Numbered from the stretch's first letter, positions 19,917 through 30,569 are shown. The stretch: DNA of 64,000 bases from Candidatus Omnitrophota bacterium (GCA_028865345.1 JAGWKL010000003.1:128184-192183), one strand, 5' to 3'. Program-made: numbers and translations. The notes: generated by a model not told the origin, from the sequence alone.

Positions 19917-21752
19917 TTGCAAATTGTCAAACGTCATGCTACATTACGGTTTCCTATGAAAAATTACTTGAAACTGTTAAAGTTCCTCAAAGGTTATGAG
20001 GGACGTTTCGGCGTTGCCGTTGTTTTTATCGTTCTCTCGTCTCTGTTTGAGGGTGTCCAGCTGACATTTATCCTGCCGGTGGTGGACCGTATTTTTGAAA
20101 ACAAGCCCATTGTCATCCCCAATAAGGTCCCGGCTGTTTTGGCGCACCTGGTCAACAAGCTCAACGCCATGGATGTCCATACCCTGTTTTGGCTGACCCC
20201 CTTGTGCTTTATGGTCCTTTTTACCATCAAGCAGGTGGTTTTGTTTTTTTCGGATTATATGATGAATGATATCGCCCAGGGGGTCATGCGTGATGTGCGT
20301 TCCCGTGTTTTTGAACGCATGCAGACTTTGTCCCTGGATTTTTTCAGCCGCAAACGCACCGGCGAGTTGATCTCCCGCATCACCAACGATGTGGGGACCA
20401 TCGAGAACGCGATTTCCTACGCGGTCACGGATTTGGTCAAACAACCGGTTTTGATCGTGGTCTTCATGGTGATATCCATCATGATCAACACCAAGGGGAC
20501 CATCATCGTGCTCTTGATGTTCCCTTTGATCGGTTGGCCCATGGTCCTGATCAACAGGAAATTACGCAAGATCGCCAAAAATACGCAGGAAAAAATGGCG
20601 GACATCAATTCTCTTTTGATGGAGACCATATCAGGCGTCCGTATTCTGAAAGCTTTCGGCACGGAAAAGTATGAGATCCAGCGCTTCCGGCACCAGAGCC
20701 ATGATTATTATAAATTGCGCATGAAGACATTCATCAATATGAATATGATGGGGCCCATCACCGAAATGGTGGGGGCTTTGTGCGGCATGGCGATCCTTTT
20801 GATCCTGGGCAATGATGTGCTTGGCGGTCATTTGTCTTTCGGCGTGTTCCTGCTTTCCATCATTTCCATCACCCAGGTCATACGGCCTATCAAACGCATG
20901 GCCAATGTGATGACCATTGTGCAGCAGGCTCTGGTCGCCAATACGCGCATCTATGAAGTCCTGGAGACCAAGCCCACGGTCGTCGAACGGCAGGACGCCC
21001 TTGAATTGGAAACGTTTAAAAGTAAAATTACCATGGAAGGGGTCAGCTTCAGTTATGAAACGGACTCAGGGCTTGTTTTAAGCGATATCGACCTGGTTCT
21101 TAAAAAAGGGGAACTGGTGGCCGTGGTCGGCCCCACCGGTGCGGGCAAATCCACCCTGGTCAATCTGATCCCGCGTTTTTACGATGCCGTCAAGGGCCGG
21201 GTTTTATTCGACGGGACGGATGTCAGGGGTGTTTCTTTTAAATCGTTGCGCGGCCAGGTGGGCATTGTGACCCAGGAAGCCATCCTTTTTAACGACACGG
21301 TCAGAAACAATATTGCCTATGGAACTTTTGATGTGACTCTGGATGGCATTCAACAGGCGGCCCGAATGGCCTTTGCGGACCGGTTCATCGAAAAGATGCC
21401 TAAAGGCTACGACACCTTTATCGGGGACAGGGGCTTCAGGCTTTCAGGAGGGGAAAAACAGCGTTTGACCATTGCCCGCGCCATTGTCAAAAACCCGCCC
21501 ATCCTGATCCTGGATGAGGCGACTTCCCAGCTGGACTCGGAGTCGGAAAAATACGTGCAGGAGGCGTTGGACAAGTTGATGATGGGGCGTACGGTCATCG
21601 CCATTGCCCACCGTCTGTCCACCATTATGAAGGCAGATAAAATTGTGGTATTGGAACATGGAAAAATAGTTGGACAAGGCCGGCACGACGATCTGCTGTT
21701 TTCCTGCCCTTTATACCGCAGGCTTTATGAAACCCAGTTCCGCGCGGCGTAA
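19917..21752 (+). CDS. msbA: ABC transporter permease/ATP-binding protein, MsbA-like lipid A flippase
   Basis: Six-TM N-terminal domain plus C-terminal ABC (GPTGAGKSTL, LSGGEKQR, ILILDEATS). It is divergent from lpxB; an alternative start at 19956 (MKNYLKLL) is possible. Confidence 0.8.
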   Translation: MQIVKRHATLRFPMKNYLKLLKFLKGYEGRFGVAVVFIVLSSLFEGVQLTFILPVVDRIFENKPIVIPNKVPAVLAHLVNKLNAMDVHTLFWLTPLCFMVLFTIKQVVLFFSDYMMNDIAQGVMRDVRSRVFERMQTLSLDFFSRKRTGELISRITNDVGTIENAISYAVTDLVKQPVLIVVFMVISIMINTKGTIIVLLMFPLIGWPMVLINRKLRKIAKNTQEKMADINSLLMETISGVRILKAFGTEKYEIQRFRHQSHDYYKLRMKTFINMNMMGPITEMVGALCGMAILLILGNDVLGGHLSFGVFLLSIISITQVIRPIKRMANVMTIVQQALVANTRIYEVLETKPTVVERQDALELETFKSKITMEGVSFSYETDSGLVLSDIDLVLKKGELVAVVGPTGAGKSTLVNLIPRFYDAVKGRVLFDGTDVRGVSFKSLRGQVGIVTQEAILFNDTVRNNIAYGTFDVTLDGIQQAARMAFADRFIEKMPKGYDTFIGDRGFRLSGGEKQRLTIARAIVKNPPILILDEATSQLDSESEKYVQEALDKLMMGRTVIAIAHRLSTIMKADKIVVLEHGKIVGQGRHDDLLFSCPLYRRLYETQFRAA

Positions 21753-21786
21753 GAACCTGTCCCCGGACTCGGGGACCAAAATTTTA

Positions 21787-21814
21787 TTGCAAAAACATAA
21801 GTCTTTGTTATAGT
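21787..21814 (+). promoter_or_regulatory. Sigma70-like promoter TTGCAA-16-TATAGT upstream of rpsB-tsf-pyrH-frr, followed by a ~170-nt leader
   Basis: -35 TTGCAA at 21787-21792, 16-nt spacer, -10 TATAGT at 21809-21814. Confidence 0.45.
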
Positions 21815-21985
21815 AAATGTTCAATTTAATGCCCTTGGACGGGCTTTCCGGCCGGGGTCTACAATGGCCGCTTTTGAGGGGCATGAGGTAAAAACTCAAG
21901 GCAGGCCGCAAATCTGAAAATTCCGTCTTGACCTGATTGTCAGCACAATCCGCCGGCGGAACAAGAGAAGAAAGGAAGTAAACGC

Positions 21986-22723
21986 ATGGCAACAGAATTG
22001 ATCAAGAAGCTTTTGGAAGCAGGTGTGCATTTCGGTCATCAAAGCCGCCGCTGGAATCCCAAGATGAGAAGGTTTATATTCGGGGAACGGGGCGGCATTT
22101 ATATTATTGACCTGGAAAAGACGGTGGACAGGCTCAATGCCGCCCGCGACGCCATCCGCGACATCGCCGCCCGGGGGGGCAAGATCCTTTTTGTGGGCAC
22201 CAAGAAGCAGGCCCAGCAGGTCATTGAAGAAGAGGCCCAGCGTGCCGGCATGTTTTATGTCAAGAACCGCTGGATGGGCGGGCTATTGACCAACCTGGAA
22301 ACCGTAAAGAAGTCCGTACGCAAGCTGGTTGATATAGAAAAGATGGAGGGTAATGGTACGGTCGACCGCCTGACTAAAAAAGAAGCCTCTTTATTAATGA
22401 AGGAAAAAGAGCATTTGATCCGAGATTTAGGCGGTATCCGGGAAATGGGCGTTGTCCCTCAGGGTGTTTTTATCGTGGACACCAAAAAAGAAGAGATTGC
22501 CGTGGCCGAGGCCAATCGCTTGGGCATCCCGGTTTTTGGTCTGATCGATACCAACTCCGACCCTGATCTGGTCCAATATCCCATTCCCGGCAATGACGAT
22601 GCCGTCAAATCCATTAAATTCATCACCGGCTTGATGGTGGACAGTGTTCTCGAAGGGCAGAAAGAATATTTGGCAGGCAAGAAAATACAACAGGCGTCCC
22701 AGAACCAGGAAGTGACGGTATGA
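21986..22723 (+). CDS. rpsB: 30S ribosomal protein S2
   Basis: MATELIKKLLEAGVHFGHQSRRWNPKM canonical S2 N-terminus. Confidence 0.95.
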   Translation: MATELIKKLLEAGVHFGHQSRRWNPKMRRFIFGERGGIYIIDLEKTVDRLNAARDAIRDIAARGGKILFVGTKKQAQQVIEEEAQRAGMFYVKNRWMGGLLTNLETVKKSVRKLVDIEKMEGNGTVDRLTKKEASLLMKEKEHLIRDLGGIREMGVVPQGVFIVDTKKEEIAVAEANRLGIPVFGLIDTNSDPDLVQYPIPGNDDAVKSIKFITGLMVDSVLEGQKEYLAGKKIQQASQNQEVTV

Positions 22724-23247
22724 TCATGACGACAGCAGACGACATCAAGCGTTTAAGGGAAGAGACTTCCTGCGGAGTTATTGATTGTAAAAAGGCCCTG
22801 GAAGAGGCCAAGGGGGATTTTGGCAAGGCCAAGGAACTTTTGCGTAAAAAAGGCCTTGAGATGGCGGCCAAAAAAAGCGACCGCGTGGCCAGAGAAGGCC
22901 GCGTGGAGGCGTATATCCATAACGGCAACAAGATCGGGGTCGTGGTGGAGGTCAATTGCGAAACGGATTTTGTGGCCCGTAATGAGGATTTTTGCCGGTT
23001 CACGCGCGAGGTGGCCCTTCATATAGCCGCCATGAATCCGAGATATATAAGGAAAGAAGATGCCCCTGCCGAGGTGTTGAGCAGGGAAGCGGACAAGGAA
23101 GCCTATATCAAGGCCAATTGTCTTTTATCCCAGGCCTATGTCAAAGATCCGGGTAAAACCATCCAGGATCTATTGAATGAGCTGGTGGCCAAGATCGGCG
23201 AAAATATCATGATAGGCCGTTTCGTGCGCTTCAAGGTCGGAGAGTAA
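22720..23247 (+). CDS. tsf: Elongation factor Ts (short form)
   Basis: [28 protein letters not shown]-like N-terminus; position after rpsB. Confidence 0.9.
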   Translation: MIMTTADDIKRLREETSCGVIDCKKALEEAKGDFGKAKELLRKKGLEMAAKKSDRVAREGRVEAYIHNGNKIGVVVEVNCETDFVARNEDFCRFTREVALHIAAMNPRYIRKEDAPAEVLSREADKEAYIKANCLLSQAYVKDPGKTIQDLLNELVAKIGENIMIGRFVRFKVGE

Positions 23248-23969
23248 TGTTGAAAAAAGAACCTGTTTATAAAAGGGTTTTGTTGAAGTTAAGCGGGGAA
23301 GCTTTGTTGGGGCGCCAGCAGCACGGCATTGACACTGAAATGTGCGCTTCACTGGCCGCCCAGATCAAGGAAGTCCACGAGGCCGGCGTCCAAATGGCGC
23401 TGGTGGTCGGCGGGGGCAATATTTTCCGCGGCCGCGTGGAAAGCGAACGTTTCGGCCTGGACCGTTCGGTCGCGGATTATATGGGGATGCTTGCGACCGT
23501 CATGAACGGCCTGGCGTTGCAAAATTCCCTGGAGCAGTTAGGGGTTCAAACGAGGGTCATGACGGCCATTCAAATGCATGCCGTTGCCGAACCTTACATT
23601 TTACGCCGGGCCATCCGCCATCTTGAGAAGCGCCGTGTGGTCATTTTTGTGGCAGGCACCGGAAATCCGTATTTTACGACGGACACGGCAGCGGCCCTGC
23701 GGGCCACGGAGATCGGCTGCGATGTGATCATCAAAGCCACCAAGGTCGATGGTGTTTATTCCGCCGACCCTCTCAAGCACAAAGGGGCCAAAAAGTTCAA
23801 GAGTTTGAAATTCATTGACGTGTTGAAGAAAGATTTAAAGGTCATGGATGCAACCGCCATCAGCATGTGCATGGACAACGGCCTTCCCATTGTTGTGTTT
23901 AATCTTTTGCAAAAAGGGAATATTAAAAAGGTTATCTATGGCGACGGCATAGGAACGGTCGTCCGGTAG
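23247..23969 (+). CDS. pyrH: UMP kinase
   Basis: [13 protein letters not shown]...[13 protein letters not shown] motifs. Confidence 0.95.
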   Translation: MLKKEPVYKRVLLKLSGEALLGRQQHGIDTEMCASLAAQIKEVHEAGVQMALVVGGGNIFRGRVESERFGLDRSVADYMGMLATVMNGLALQNSLEQLGVQTRVMTAIQMHAVAEPYILRRAIRHLEKRRVVIFVAGTGNPYFTTDTAAALRATEIGCDVIIKATKVDGVYSADPLKHKGAKKFKSLKFIDVLKKDLKVMDATAISMCMDNGLPIVVFNLLQKGNIKKVIYGDGIGTVVR

Positions 23970-23978
23970 GAGGCGTAT

Positions 23979-24539
23979 ATGACTGCCAAAGAAATATTAA
24001 AAGAGACTGAAGGCAAGATGAAGAAGACCATGGAGACGGTGTTACGCGAGTTTTCCGAGGTCCGTACCGGCCGCGCCCAACCCGCCTTGGTGGAGGACAT
24101 GCATATCAATTATTATGAAACCTCGACTCCCATCAAGCAGCTGGCCGCGGTGTCTTCTCCTGATCCCCGGCAAATACTGGTCCAACCCTGGGATTCCAAC
24201 GCCATTAGAGATATTGAAGAAGCGATCCTGAATTCCAAATTGGGGGTTACGCCCTCCAATGACGGTAAGTTTATCCGGTTGGTCTTCCCGCCGTTGTCCA
24301 CTGAACGCCGGGAAGAGTTCATTAAGGTCTGCAAAGACATGGCTGAGCGCGGGCGGGTCACCTTGCGTACCATCCGGCGGGATGCCAATGATAAGATCAA
24401 AAAGATGTTAAGCGAAGGTCATGTCAGCGAAGACGAAAAGTTCAAAGGCGAAGAAGAAGTGCAAAAAATGACCGACCGCTTCATCAAAGAGATAGATGCT
24501 CTGCTGGAGCGAAAAAGCAAAGAGTTGCGGGAAGTATAG
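23979..24539 (+). CDS. frr: Ribosome recycling factor
   Basis: 186 aa, VRTGRAQPALVEDMHINYYETSTPIKQLAAVS typical Frr. Confidence 0.95.
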   Translation: MTAKEILKETEGKMKKTMETVLREFSEVRTGRAQPALVEDMHINYYETSTPIKQLAAVSSPDPRQILVQPWDSNAIRDIEEAILNSKLGVTPSNDGKFIRLVFPPLSTERREEFIKVCKDMAERGRVTLRTIRRDANDKIKKMLSEGHVSEDEKFKGEEEVQKMTDRFIKEIDALLERKSKELREV

Positions 24540-24556
24540 AGCGCCCCAAGGATTTC

Positions 24557-24633
24557 GACCCACTAGCTCATCCGGTTAGAGCACTACACTTTTAATGTAG
24601 GGGTGCCGCGTTCGAGTCGCGGGTGGGTCACCA
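24557..24633 (+). tRNA. tRNA-Lys (anticodon UUU), CCA encoded
   Basis: Acceptor GACCCAC/GTGGGTC; anticodon arm CTACA-CTTTTAA-TGTAG; T-arm CCGCG-TTCGAGT-CGCGG; 77 nt. Confidence 0.85.
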
Positions 24634-24666
24634 TGATTGAGGTAAAGTGAAACCGCTCTCGTGAAG

Positions 24667-24747
24667 GGGCGGGTGGCGGAATGGCAGACGCGCATGCCTT
24701 AGGAGCATGTGGGGAAACCCGTGGAGGTTCAAGTCCTCTCCCGCCCA
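24667..24747 (+). tRNA. tRNA-Leu (anticodon UAG), type II, CCA not encoded
   Basis: Acceptor GGGCGGG/CCCGCCC; anticodon arm CATGC-CTTAGGA-GCATG; long variable arm TGGGGAAACCCGT; T-loop TTCAAGT. Confidence 0.8.
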
Positions 24748-24774
24748 CTTTGGTTCTTTAATACATTGAAAGAT

Positions 24775-24850
24775 GCGGCGGTAATTCAGTTGGTAGAATG
24801 CCACCTTGCCAAGGTGGATGTCACCGGTTCAAGCCCGGTCCGCCGCTCCA
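24775..24850 (+). tRNA. tRNA-Gly (anticodon GCC), CCA encoded
   Basis: Acceptor GCGGCGG/CCGCCGC; anticodon arm CCACC-TTGCCAA-GGTGG; T-arm ACCGG-TTCAAGC-CCGGT; 76 nt. Confidence 0.85.
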
Positions 24851-24873
24851 ATTTTTAATCGTTTGGAGAGATC

Positions 24874-25344
24874 ATGAAAATCAGCGACTTTTTACGCAAG
24901 GAAGCAGTTTGTACGGAACTAAAATCCGAGACCAAGGCCGAAGTCATTTTAGAAATGGTGGGGATCCTGGTCGATAACGGGATCATTGAAAAGAAGTACA
25001 AGAACAAGATTGTTGAGGGTTTGATGGCCCGGGAAGCCCTGGGCTCCACGGCCATAGGGCAGGGGATTGCCATCCCTCACACCAAATCAGATACCGTAAG
25101 CGAACTCATTTCCGCTTTAGCCATCAGTAAAACGGGTGTCAATTTCGATTCTCTCGACGGAGAACCGGCGCATATTTTTTTCCTTTTGATCGCACCCTCT
25201 GATTCCGCCGGCCCGCATTTAAAGGCTCTTGCACGGGTCTCACGCCTGTTGAAGGACAAATTTTTCCGCGACAGCCTCAAAAACACCAAGACAGCCAAAG
25301 AGGTCATGGACCTGGTTGCGCAGGAAGATGCGCGCATCGGCTGA
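24874..25344 (+). CDS. ptsN: PTS EIIA-type nitrogen regulatory protein (PtsN / EIIA-Ntr-like)
   Basis: 156 aa, phosphorylatable His context AIPHTKSD typical of the EIIA fructose/nitrogen family. Confidence 0.85.
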   Translation: MKISDFLRKEAVCTELKSETKAEVILEMVGILVDNGIIEKKYKNKIVEGLMAREALGSTAIGQGIAIPHTKSDTVSELISALAISKTGVNFDSLDGEPAHIFFLLIAPSDSAGPHLKALARVSRLLKDKFFRDSLKNTKTAKEVMDLVAQEDARIG

Positions 25345-25359
25345 AAAGCTTTTTAGCTC

Positions 25360-26604
25360 ATGTCTCAAAATTTTTCTAAATGGCTTTATCCGGGCATTAA
25401 GGTCAAACGCTGGGTGTTTGCCTCTCTGTTCGGGGTCGTCGTCGTAGGTGTCGGCGCTGTTTATGCGGCGTACCCTTATCCTTTTGTCCAGACCTTTGGG
25501 GTTGTCATCATCCTGTGCGGCATTGTTTTTATCGTGCTGGGCATGGGGAAAATGATCATCTCGTTGTTGACTCTTTTTTTGCCGCAGCGCGAGCGGGACA
25601 TCGTGGATATTCTTTACCGGCGCCGTTTTCTGGAGCGCGGCCCCAAGGTGGTTGCTATCGGAGGGGGCCATGGCCTGTCGCATTTGCTCCTTGCCCTGAA
25701 AGCATACACTGCCAATTTGACGGCCATCGTCACCGTCGCCGACAGCGGCGGATCCTCGGGCCGGCTGCGCCAGCAGTTCAATATCGTCGCGCCCGGAGAC
25801 ATACGCAACTGCCTGGTGGCCCTGGCCGATACGCCGGCATTGATGGGGGAGCTTTTTCAATACCGTTTTGCCGAAGGAGGGGGGCTTAAAGGGCATAGTT
25901 TCGGGAATTTGTTTTTGACCGCCATGGTGCAGATCACCAACGGGGATTTTAAAAGGGCGGTGGAGGAGTCCAGCAAGGTCCTGGCGGTCCGTGGGAAGGT
26001 GATCCCTTCGACGGTACACAACGTGCATTTGGTGGCCGAGTATATGGACGGGACGGTCACCCAGGGTGAAGCCAAAATCCCCCAGGCCAATGCCGTGATC
26101 AAGCGCCTGTCCCTGACCCCTGAAGACGCCCGGCCGACGGATGATGCCCTGACGGCCATTGCCCAGGCCGACATTATTGTGATGGGGCCCGGAAGCCTGT
26201 ACACGAGTATTTTGCCGAACCTGATCATTAAAGGCATGGCTGATGCCGTGGCCACGTCGCCGGCCTACAAAATTTATGTTTGTAACGTGATGACGCAGCA
26301 GGGTGAAACGGACAATTTCTCCGCTTCTGATCACCTGAGGGTTCTTTTGGAACATACCAACCCTAAATTGGTGGATGCCTGTTTGATCAATGACGCGGTG
26401 GTCAGCAATGAGGAAGCTCTCAACCGCTACCGCCAGGAGAACGCTTATCCGGTGGCGGCGGACAGCGACCGCATTAAAGCGATGGGAATCAAGGTGGTTG
26501 CCGCCGATCTTTTAAGCGTCGCTGATTATGTCCGGCATGATTCCAAGAAATTGACCCAGGCGCTCATAAGATTGATCGAGACCCAGAGGGTCATTAAAAG
26601 ATGA
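25360..26604 (+). CDS. YvcK/CofD-like (UPF0052) gluconeogenesis-factor family protein with a ~90-aa N-terminal two-TM extension
   Basis: VVAIGGGHGLSHLL and TVADSGGSSGRLR core YvcK motifs, preceded by two hydrophobic helices (FASLFGVVVVGVGAVYAA; VVIILCGIVFIVLGMG). Confidence 0.8.
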   Translation: MSQNFSKWLYPGIKVKRWVFASLFGVVVVGVGAVYAAYPYPFVQTFGVVIILCGIVFIVLGMGKMIISLLTLFLPQRERDIVDILYRRRFLERGPKVVAIGGGHGLSHLLLALKAYTANLTAIVTVADSGGSSGRLRQQFNIVAPGDIRNCLVALADTPALMGELFQYRFAEGGGLKGHSFGNLFLTAMVQITNGDFKRAVEESSKVLAVRGKVIPSTVHNVHLVAEYMDGTVTQGEAKIPQANAVIKRLSLTPEDARPTDDALTAIAQADIIVMGPGSLYTSILPNLIIKGMADAVATSPAYKIYVCNVMTQQGETDNFSASDHLRVLLEHTNPKLVDACLINDAVVSNEEALNRYRQENAYPVAADSDRIKAMGIKVVAADLLSVADYVRHDSKKLTQALIRLIETQRVIKR

Positions 26605-26888
26605 TCATTATGCATAAACTTGAAAAAGAGCTGACCGTGCTCAATAAAAAAGGCCTGCATGCCCGGCCGGCCGCCCTGTTTGTGGGCTTGGCCGAAAAAT
26701 ATGGCGTGACCGTGACAGTGGCCAAAGGCTCGGAAACGGTCAATGGCGCCTCGATCATGGGGCTTTTGATGTTGGGGGCTGTGGAAGGCACTGTGCTGAA
26801 AATCACCGTTGAAGGTGACAGGGCCCAAGAGGCCATGGCCGGGTTTGAGGATTTTTTTAATAAACAAGATGAAGAATTGCCCTCATGA
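26601..26888 (+). CDS. ptsH: Phosphocarrier protein HPr
   Basis: GLHARPAALFV with active-site His; 95 aa. Confidence 0.9.
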   Translation: MIIMHKLEKELTVLNKKGLHARPAALFVGLAEKYGVTVTVAKGSETVNGASIMGLLMLGAVEGTVLKITVEGDRAQEAMAGFEDFFNKQDEELPS

Positions 26889-28627
26889 GTGAGATCGTTT
26901 TAAAAGGTATCCCCGCGGCGCCCGGCATTGCCTATGGTCCGTCCTTTATTCTGGACAAAGGCGAATTCATTGTGCCCAAGCGTTCCATTGCCACTTCTGA
27001 AGTCAATTCTGAAATCGCCCGTTTTGAAGAGGCCGTTCACAATGCAAGGCTGGAGATCCAGGCTCTGAAAACCAAGATCACCAAGGACATGGGCGCGGCG
27101 CATGCGCGGATCTTTGATGCGCACCTTTTGGTCCTGCAGGATGCCACCTTGATCGACCAGGTCACCGCCGACATACGCAAGCACAAGACCTCCGCGGAAT
27201 ATGTTTTCATCAAGATCATCAAGAAATTCGTTGAAGCGTTCACCAAACTCCCGGATGAATATCTGCGTGAGCGCGCCGCCGATGTCAGCGATATCAGCCG
27301 GCGGGTCCTGAAATATTTGATGGATGAAAGCAAGCTCCATGATCTGGAGCTTTTGCAGGACGATTTGATCGTGGTGGCGCATGAGCTGTCTCCGTCGGAT
27401 GCGGTGAGCATGTATAATAAAAAGATCAAGGGCTTTTTGACGGACATCGGCGGAAGGACCTCCCATACGGCCATTATCGCCAAATCCTTGGGCGTTCCCG
27501 CCGTGGTGGGCTTGAAAGACGCGACCTTGAAGATCGATAACCAGGACCCTGTGATCGTGGACGGGCAAAAAGGCCTGGTCATCATCAACCCCTCCCATGA
27601 AACCAAGGAACAATATATTAAAGAGCAGCACAAGATCACGGCGACCCTGGAAAAGCTGGACGATTTAAAGAATTTACCGGCCCAAACCCTGGACGGCAAA
27701 AACATCTGCATTATGGCCAACCTGGAATTGTCCTCGGAAATCCCGGTCGTACGCAAGTACGGGGCCGAGGGGGTGGGACTTTACCGCACCGAGTTTTTAT
27801 ACATGAACCGCCTGGATTTGCCTTCGGAAGAAGAGCAATATCAAGCCTACAGCCAGGTGGCGCGTGCCGTGGCGCCTTGTCCCGTCACCATAAGGACCCT
27901 TGATTTGGGCGGAGACAAATTTATTTCCAGCGTGCAGATCCCGCATGACATGACCCCTTTTTTAGGGTGCCGGGCCATCCGTTTTTGCCTTGAACGGCCG
28001 GATATTTTCAAAACACAACTCAGGGCCATTTTACGCGCTTCCGTGCACGGCCGGATCCAGATGATGTATCCCATGATCTGCGGTTTGGGGGAATTACGGC
28101 AGGCCAATGCCATTCTCAATGAGGTGAGAACGTCCTTAAAGGATGAGAAGATCCCTTTTGATGAGAAAATGAAGGTCGGTATCATGATTGAAGTGCCCTC
28201 GGCGGTGATGACGGCCGAGGCCCTGGCCCGCGAGACCGACTTTTTTTCCATCGGCACAAATGATCTCATCCAGTACACTCTCGCCGTTGACCGTGTCAAT
28301 GAAAAGACGGCCCATCTCTATGAACCCACGCATCCGGCGGTCATTAAAATGATACAAAAAACCATCGATGCCGGTCATAATGAAGGCCTGCATGTGGCCC
28401 TGTGCGGGGAAATGGCTTCAGACCCTTTGCTGGCTTTTTTACTTTTGGGCATGGGGATCGATGAATTGAGCATGTCCGCGGCGAGCATTTTGACCGTCAA
28501 GCGGATGATACGCGGCGTGAAACTGCAGGATGCCCAGCGTACGGCCTACGAGGCCATGCAATTGGCTACGGGCCAGGAAGTTGAAGAGTATATTGATGTC
28601 CAAATCCGCAGGCACATGGCCGGTTAG
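26885..28627 (+). CDS. ptsI: Phosphoenolpyruvate-protein phosphotransferase (PTS Enzyme I)
   Basis: GGRTSHTAIIAKSLGVPAVVG phospho-His region and C-terminal PEP-utilising domain (GTNDLIQYTLAVDR, CGEMA); 580 aa. Confidence 0.95.
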   Translation: MSEIVLKGIPAAPGIAYGPSFILDKGEFIVPKRSIATSEVNSEIARFEEAVHNARLEIQALKTKITKDMGAAHARIFDAHLLVLQDATLIDQVTADIRKHKTSAEYVFIKIIKKFVEAFTKLPDEYLRERAADVSDISRRVLKYLMDESKLHDLELLQDDLIVVAHELSPSDAVSMYNKKIKGFLTDIGGRTSHTAIIAKSLGVPAVVGLKDATLKIDNQDPVIVDGQKGLVIINPSHETKEQYIKEQHKITATLEKLDDLKNLPAQTLDGKNICIMANLELSSEIPVVRKYGAEGVGLYRTEFLYMNRLDLPSEEEQYQAYSQVARAVAPCPVTIRTLDLGGDKFISSVQIPHDMTPFLGCRAIRFCLERPDIFKTQLRAILRASVHGRIQMMYPMICGLGELRQANAILNEVRTSLKDEKIPFDEKMKVGIMIEVPSAVMTAEALARETDFFSIGTNDLIQYTLAVDRVNEKTAHLYEPTHPAVIKMIQKTIDAGHNEGLHVALCGEMASDPLLAFLLLGMGIDELSMSAASILTVKRMIRGVKLQDAQRTAYEAMQLATGQEVEEYIDVQIRRHMAG

Positions 28628-28636
28628 GAGATTTTC

Positions 28637-29368
28637 ATGAAAGCTTTGATTTTAGCGGCCGGTTACGGCACGCGGCTCGCGTCGGTGGCCAAAGATACGC
28701 CCAAACCCTTGATCACTGTAGGCGCAAGGCCTTTGGTGGATTATGTGGTGGATAAACTGCAGGGTATCAAGGCATTGGATGAGATCGTCGTCGTCAGCAA
28801 TAATAAATTCGCGCCGCATTTTCAACAATGGGCGAAAGGGCATAGGGGGCTGCCCATCCGCGTCGTTAACGACGGCACAAATGCGCCCGAAGAGCGCTTG
28901 GGGTCCGTGGGGGACATGCATTTTGTCTGGCAAAAGGAAACTTCGCCCTGCGACTGGCTGGTCATCGGCGGGGACAACCTTTTTGACGGCGAGGTTTCCC
29001 ATTTTGTTGATTTTGCGGTTTCCAAAGATCCTGCGGTCACCATCGGCATTTTCGATATCCATGATATCAAGGCGGCCACCAAGTTCGGGGTATTGGGCGT
29101 TGATGCCCAACACAAGGTCGTCAGCTTTCAGGAAAAACCGGAAAAACCCGTCTCCAGCCTTATCACCATGTGTTTATATTATTTCCCCCGCCCAACGCTT
29201 AAATTTCTACCGGAATATTTAAAAGAGTCCAAGGCCGTGGATGCGGCCGGAAGTTACATCAAGTGGCTGTCTGAAAATAAGGCGGTTTACGGTTTTCAAT
29301 TTACGGGCAAGTGGTATGATATCGGGAGCATTGAATCCCTGGAAGAAGCCAGGCGGGCATTTTCATAA
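28637..29368 (+). CDS. Sugar-phosphate nucleotidyltransferase (NTP_transferase family)
   Basis: [25 protein letters not shown] glycosyltransferase-A-like NTP-binding N-terminus. Confidence 0.75.
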   Translation: MKALILAAGYGTRLASVAKDTPKPLITVGARPLVDYVVDKLQGIKALDEIVVVSNNKFAPHFQQWAKGHRGLPIRVVNDGTNAPEERLGSVGDMHFVWQKETSPCDWLVIGGDNLFDGEVSHFVDFAVSKDPAVTIGIFDIHDIKAATKFGVLGVDAQHKVVSFQEKPEKPVSSLITMCLYYFPRPTLKFLPEYLKESKAVDAAGSYIKWLSENKAVYGFQFTGKWYDIGSIESLEEARRAFS

Positions 29369-29400
29369 AACAAATTCAATTTTTTAGAAAGGTGGTAGGC

Positions 29401-30552
29401 GTGAAAGGGCGTTATCTTTTTACCTCAGAATCGGTGGGCAACGGCCATCCGGATAAAGTGTGTGATCAAATTTCAGATGCGGTCCTGGATGCGGTTTTTA
29501 AGGACGATCCTCATGGCCGTGTGGCGTGTGAGACTTTTTGTTCCACGGGCCTGGTCATTGTGGGCGGCGAAATCACCACGACCACCTATGTGGATGTCCA
29601 TAAACTGGTCCGCCAGGTCCTTTTGGACATCGGCTACAACCATCCTAAATACGGTTTTGACGCCAACACCTGTTCCATTCTAAATGCCATCAACAAGCAG
29701 TCGCCGGACATTTCACAAGGAGTTGATGCCGGGGGCGCGGGGGACCAGGGCATTATGTTCGGGTATGCCAGCAATGAAACCCCTGAGATGATGCCTTTGG
29801 CCATCACCCTGGCCCATCATTTGGTCAAACGGATCGAAGTTGTGCGCAAGAGCGGCATTTTGAAATACCTGGGACCGGATTGCAAATCCCAGGTGACCAT
29901 CGAATACGAAGATGATAAGCCCATCCGCGTCGATGCCGTGGTCCTCGCCTGCCAGCATACGGAAGAGATTTTGGACAAGACCGGCAAGCGCATCACCCAA
30001 AAGGCCAAACAGGAGATCATTAAAACGATCGCTCATCCCATTGTCGGCAAGTTGATCGACAAGCAAACCAAATTTTATGTCAATGAAACGGGCAAGTTTG
30101 TCGTCGGCGGACCTCAATCCGACACCGGCGTCACCGGGCGCAAGATCATTGTGGACACCTACGGCGGTGTCGTGCCGCACGGGGGCGGAGCCTTCTCCGG
30201 CAAAGACCCGACCAAGGTGGACCGTTCTGCGGCCTACATGGCGCGTTATATCTGCAAAAATATCGTGGCTGCGGGCCTGGCTCACCGGTGCATGCTGCAA
30301 CTCGGTTATGCCATAGGGTTTCCCCAGCCTGTTTCCCTGATGGTGGATACCTACGGCACGGGCAAGATTTCCGAACAGTATCTTGTCCAGCTGGTGCGCA
30401 AGCACTTTGACCTTTCGCCGAGAGGAATCATCAAGACCTTGGATTTACGGCGGCCAATTTATTTAAAAACAGCCTCTTATGGCCACTTCGGCCGTTTTGG
30501 ATTTCCCTGGGAAAAAACCGACAAAGTTTCGGCCTTAAAGAAAGACGCTTAG
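29401..30552 (+). CDS. metK: S-adenosylmethionine synthetase
   Basis: [30 protein letters not shown] and [19 protein letters not shown] motifs. GTG 29401 follows a GAAAGGTGG SD; the ORF track offers GTG 29392. Confidence 0.9.
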   Translation: MKGRYLFTSESVGNGHPDKVCDQISDAVLDAVFKDDPHGRVACETFCSTGLVIVGGEITTTTYVDVHKLVRQVLLDIGYNHPKYGFDANTCSILNAINKQSPDISQGVDAGGAGDQGIMFGYASNETPEMMPLAITLAHHLVKRIEVVRKSGILKYLGPDCKSQVTIEYEDDKPIRVDAVVLACQHTEEILDKTGKRITQKAKQEIIKTIAHPIVGKLIDKQTKFYVNETGKFVVGGPQSDTGVTGRKIIVDTYGGVVPHGGGAFSGKDPTKVDRSAAYMARYICKNIVAAGLAHRCMLQLGYAIGFPQPVSLMVDTYGTGKISEQYLVQLVRKHFDLSPRGIIKTLDLRRPIYLKTASYGHFGRFGFPWEKTDKVSALKKDA

Positions 30553-30569
30553 AGGGAAACAACCATTCG

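Noticed and set aside
25240-26355. 371-aa minus-strand ORF antisense to yvcK (and similar long antisense ORFs at 9614-10435, 15221-15931, 26900-27756, 28652-29113, 29713-30405, 37321-38025, 48202-48864, 49440-49994, 51772-52509, 53076-53708, 54805-55524)
   Set aside because: Each lies opposite a plus-strand gene with clear family motifs. Long stop-free antisense frames are expected in GC-rich coding DNA, and their translations have no recognisable motifs and are Arg/Pro/Gly-rich.
29369-29400. SAM riboswitch upstream of metK
   Set aside because: The spacer is only ~30 nt, far too short for any SAM riboswitch class.
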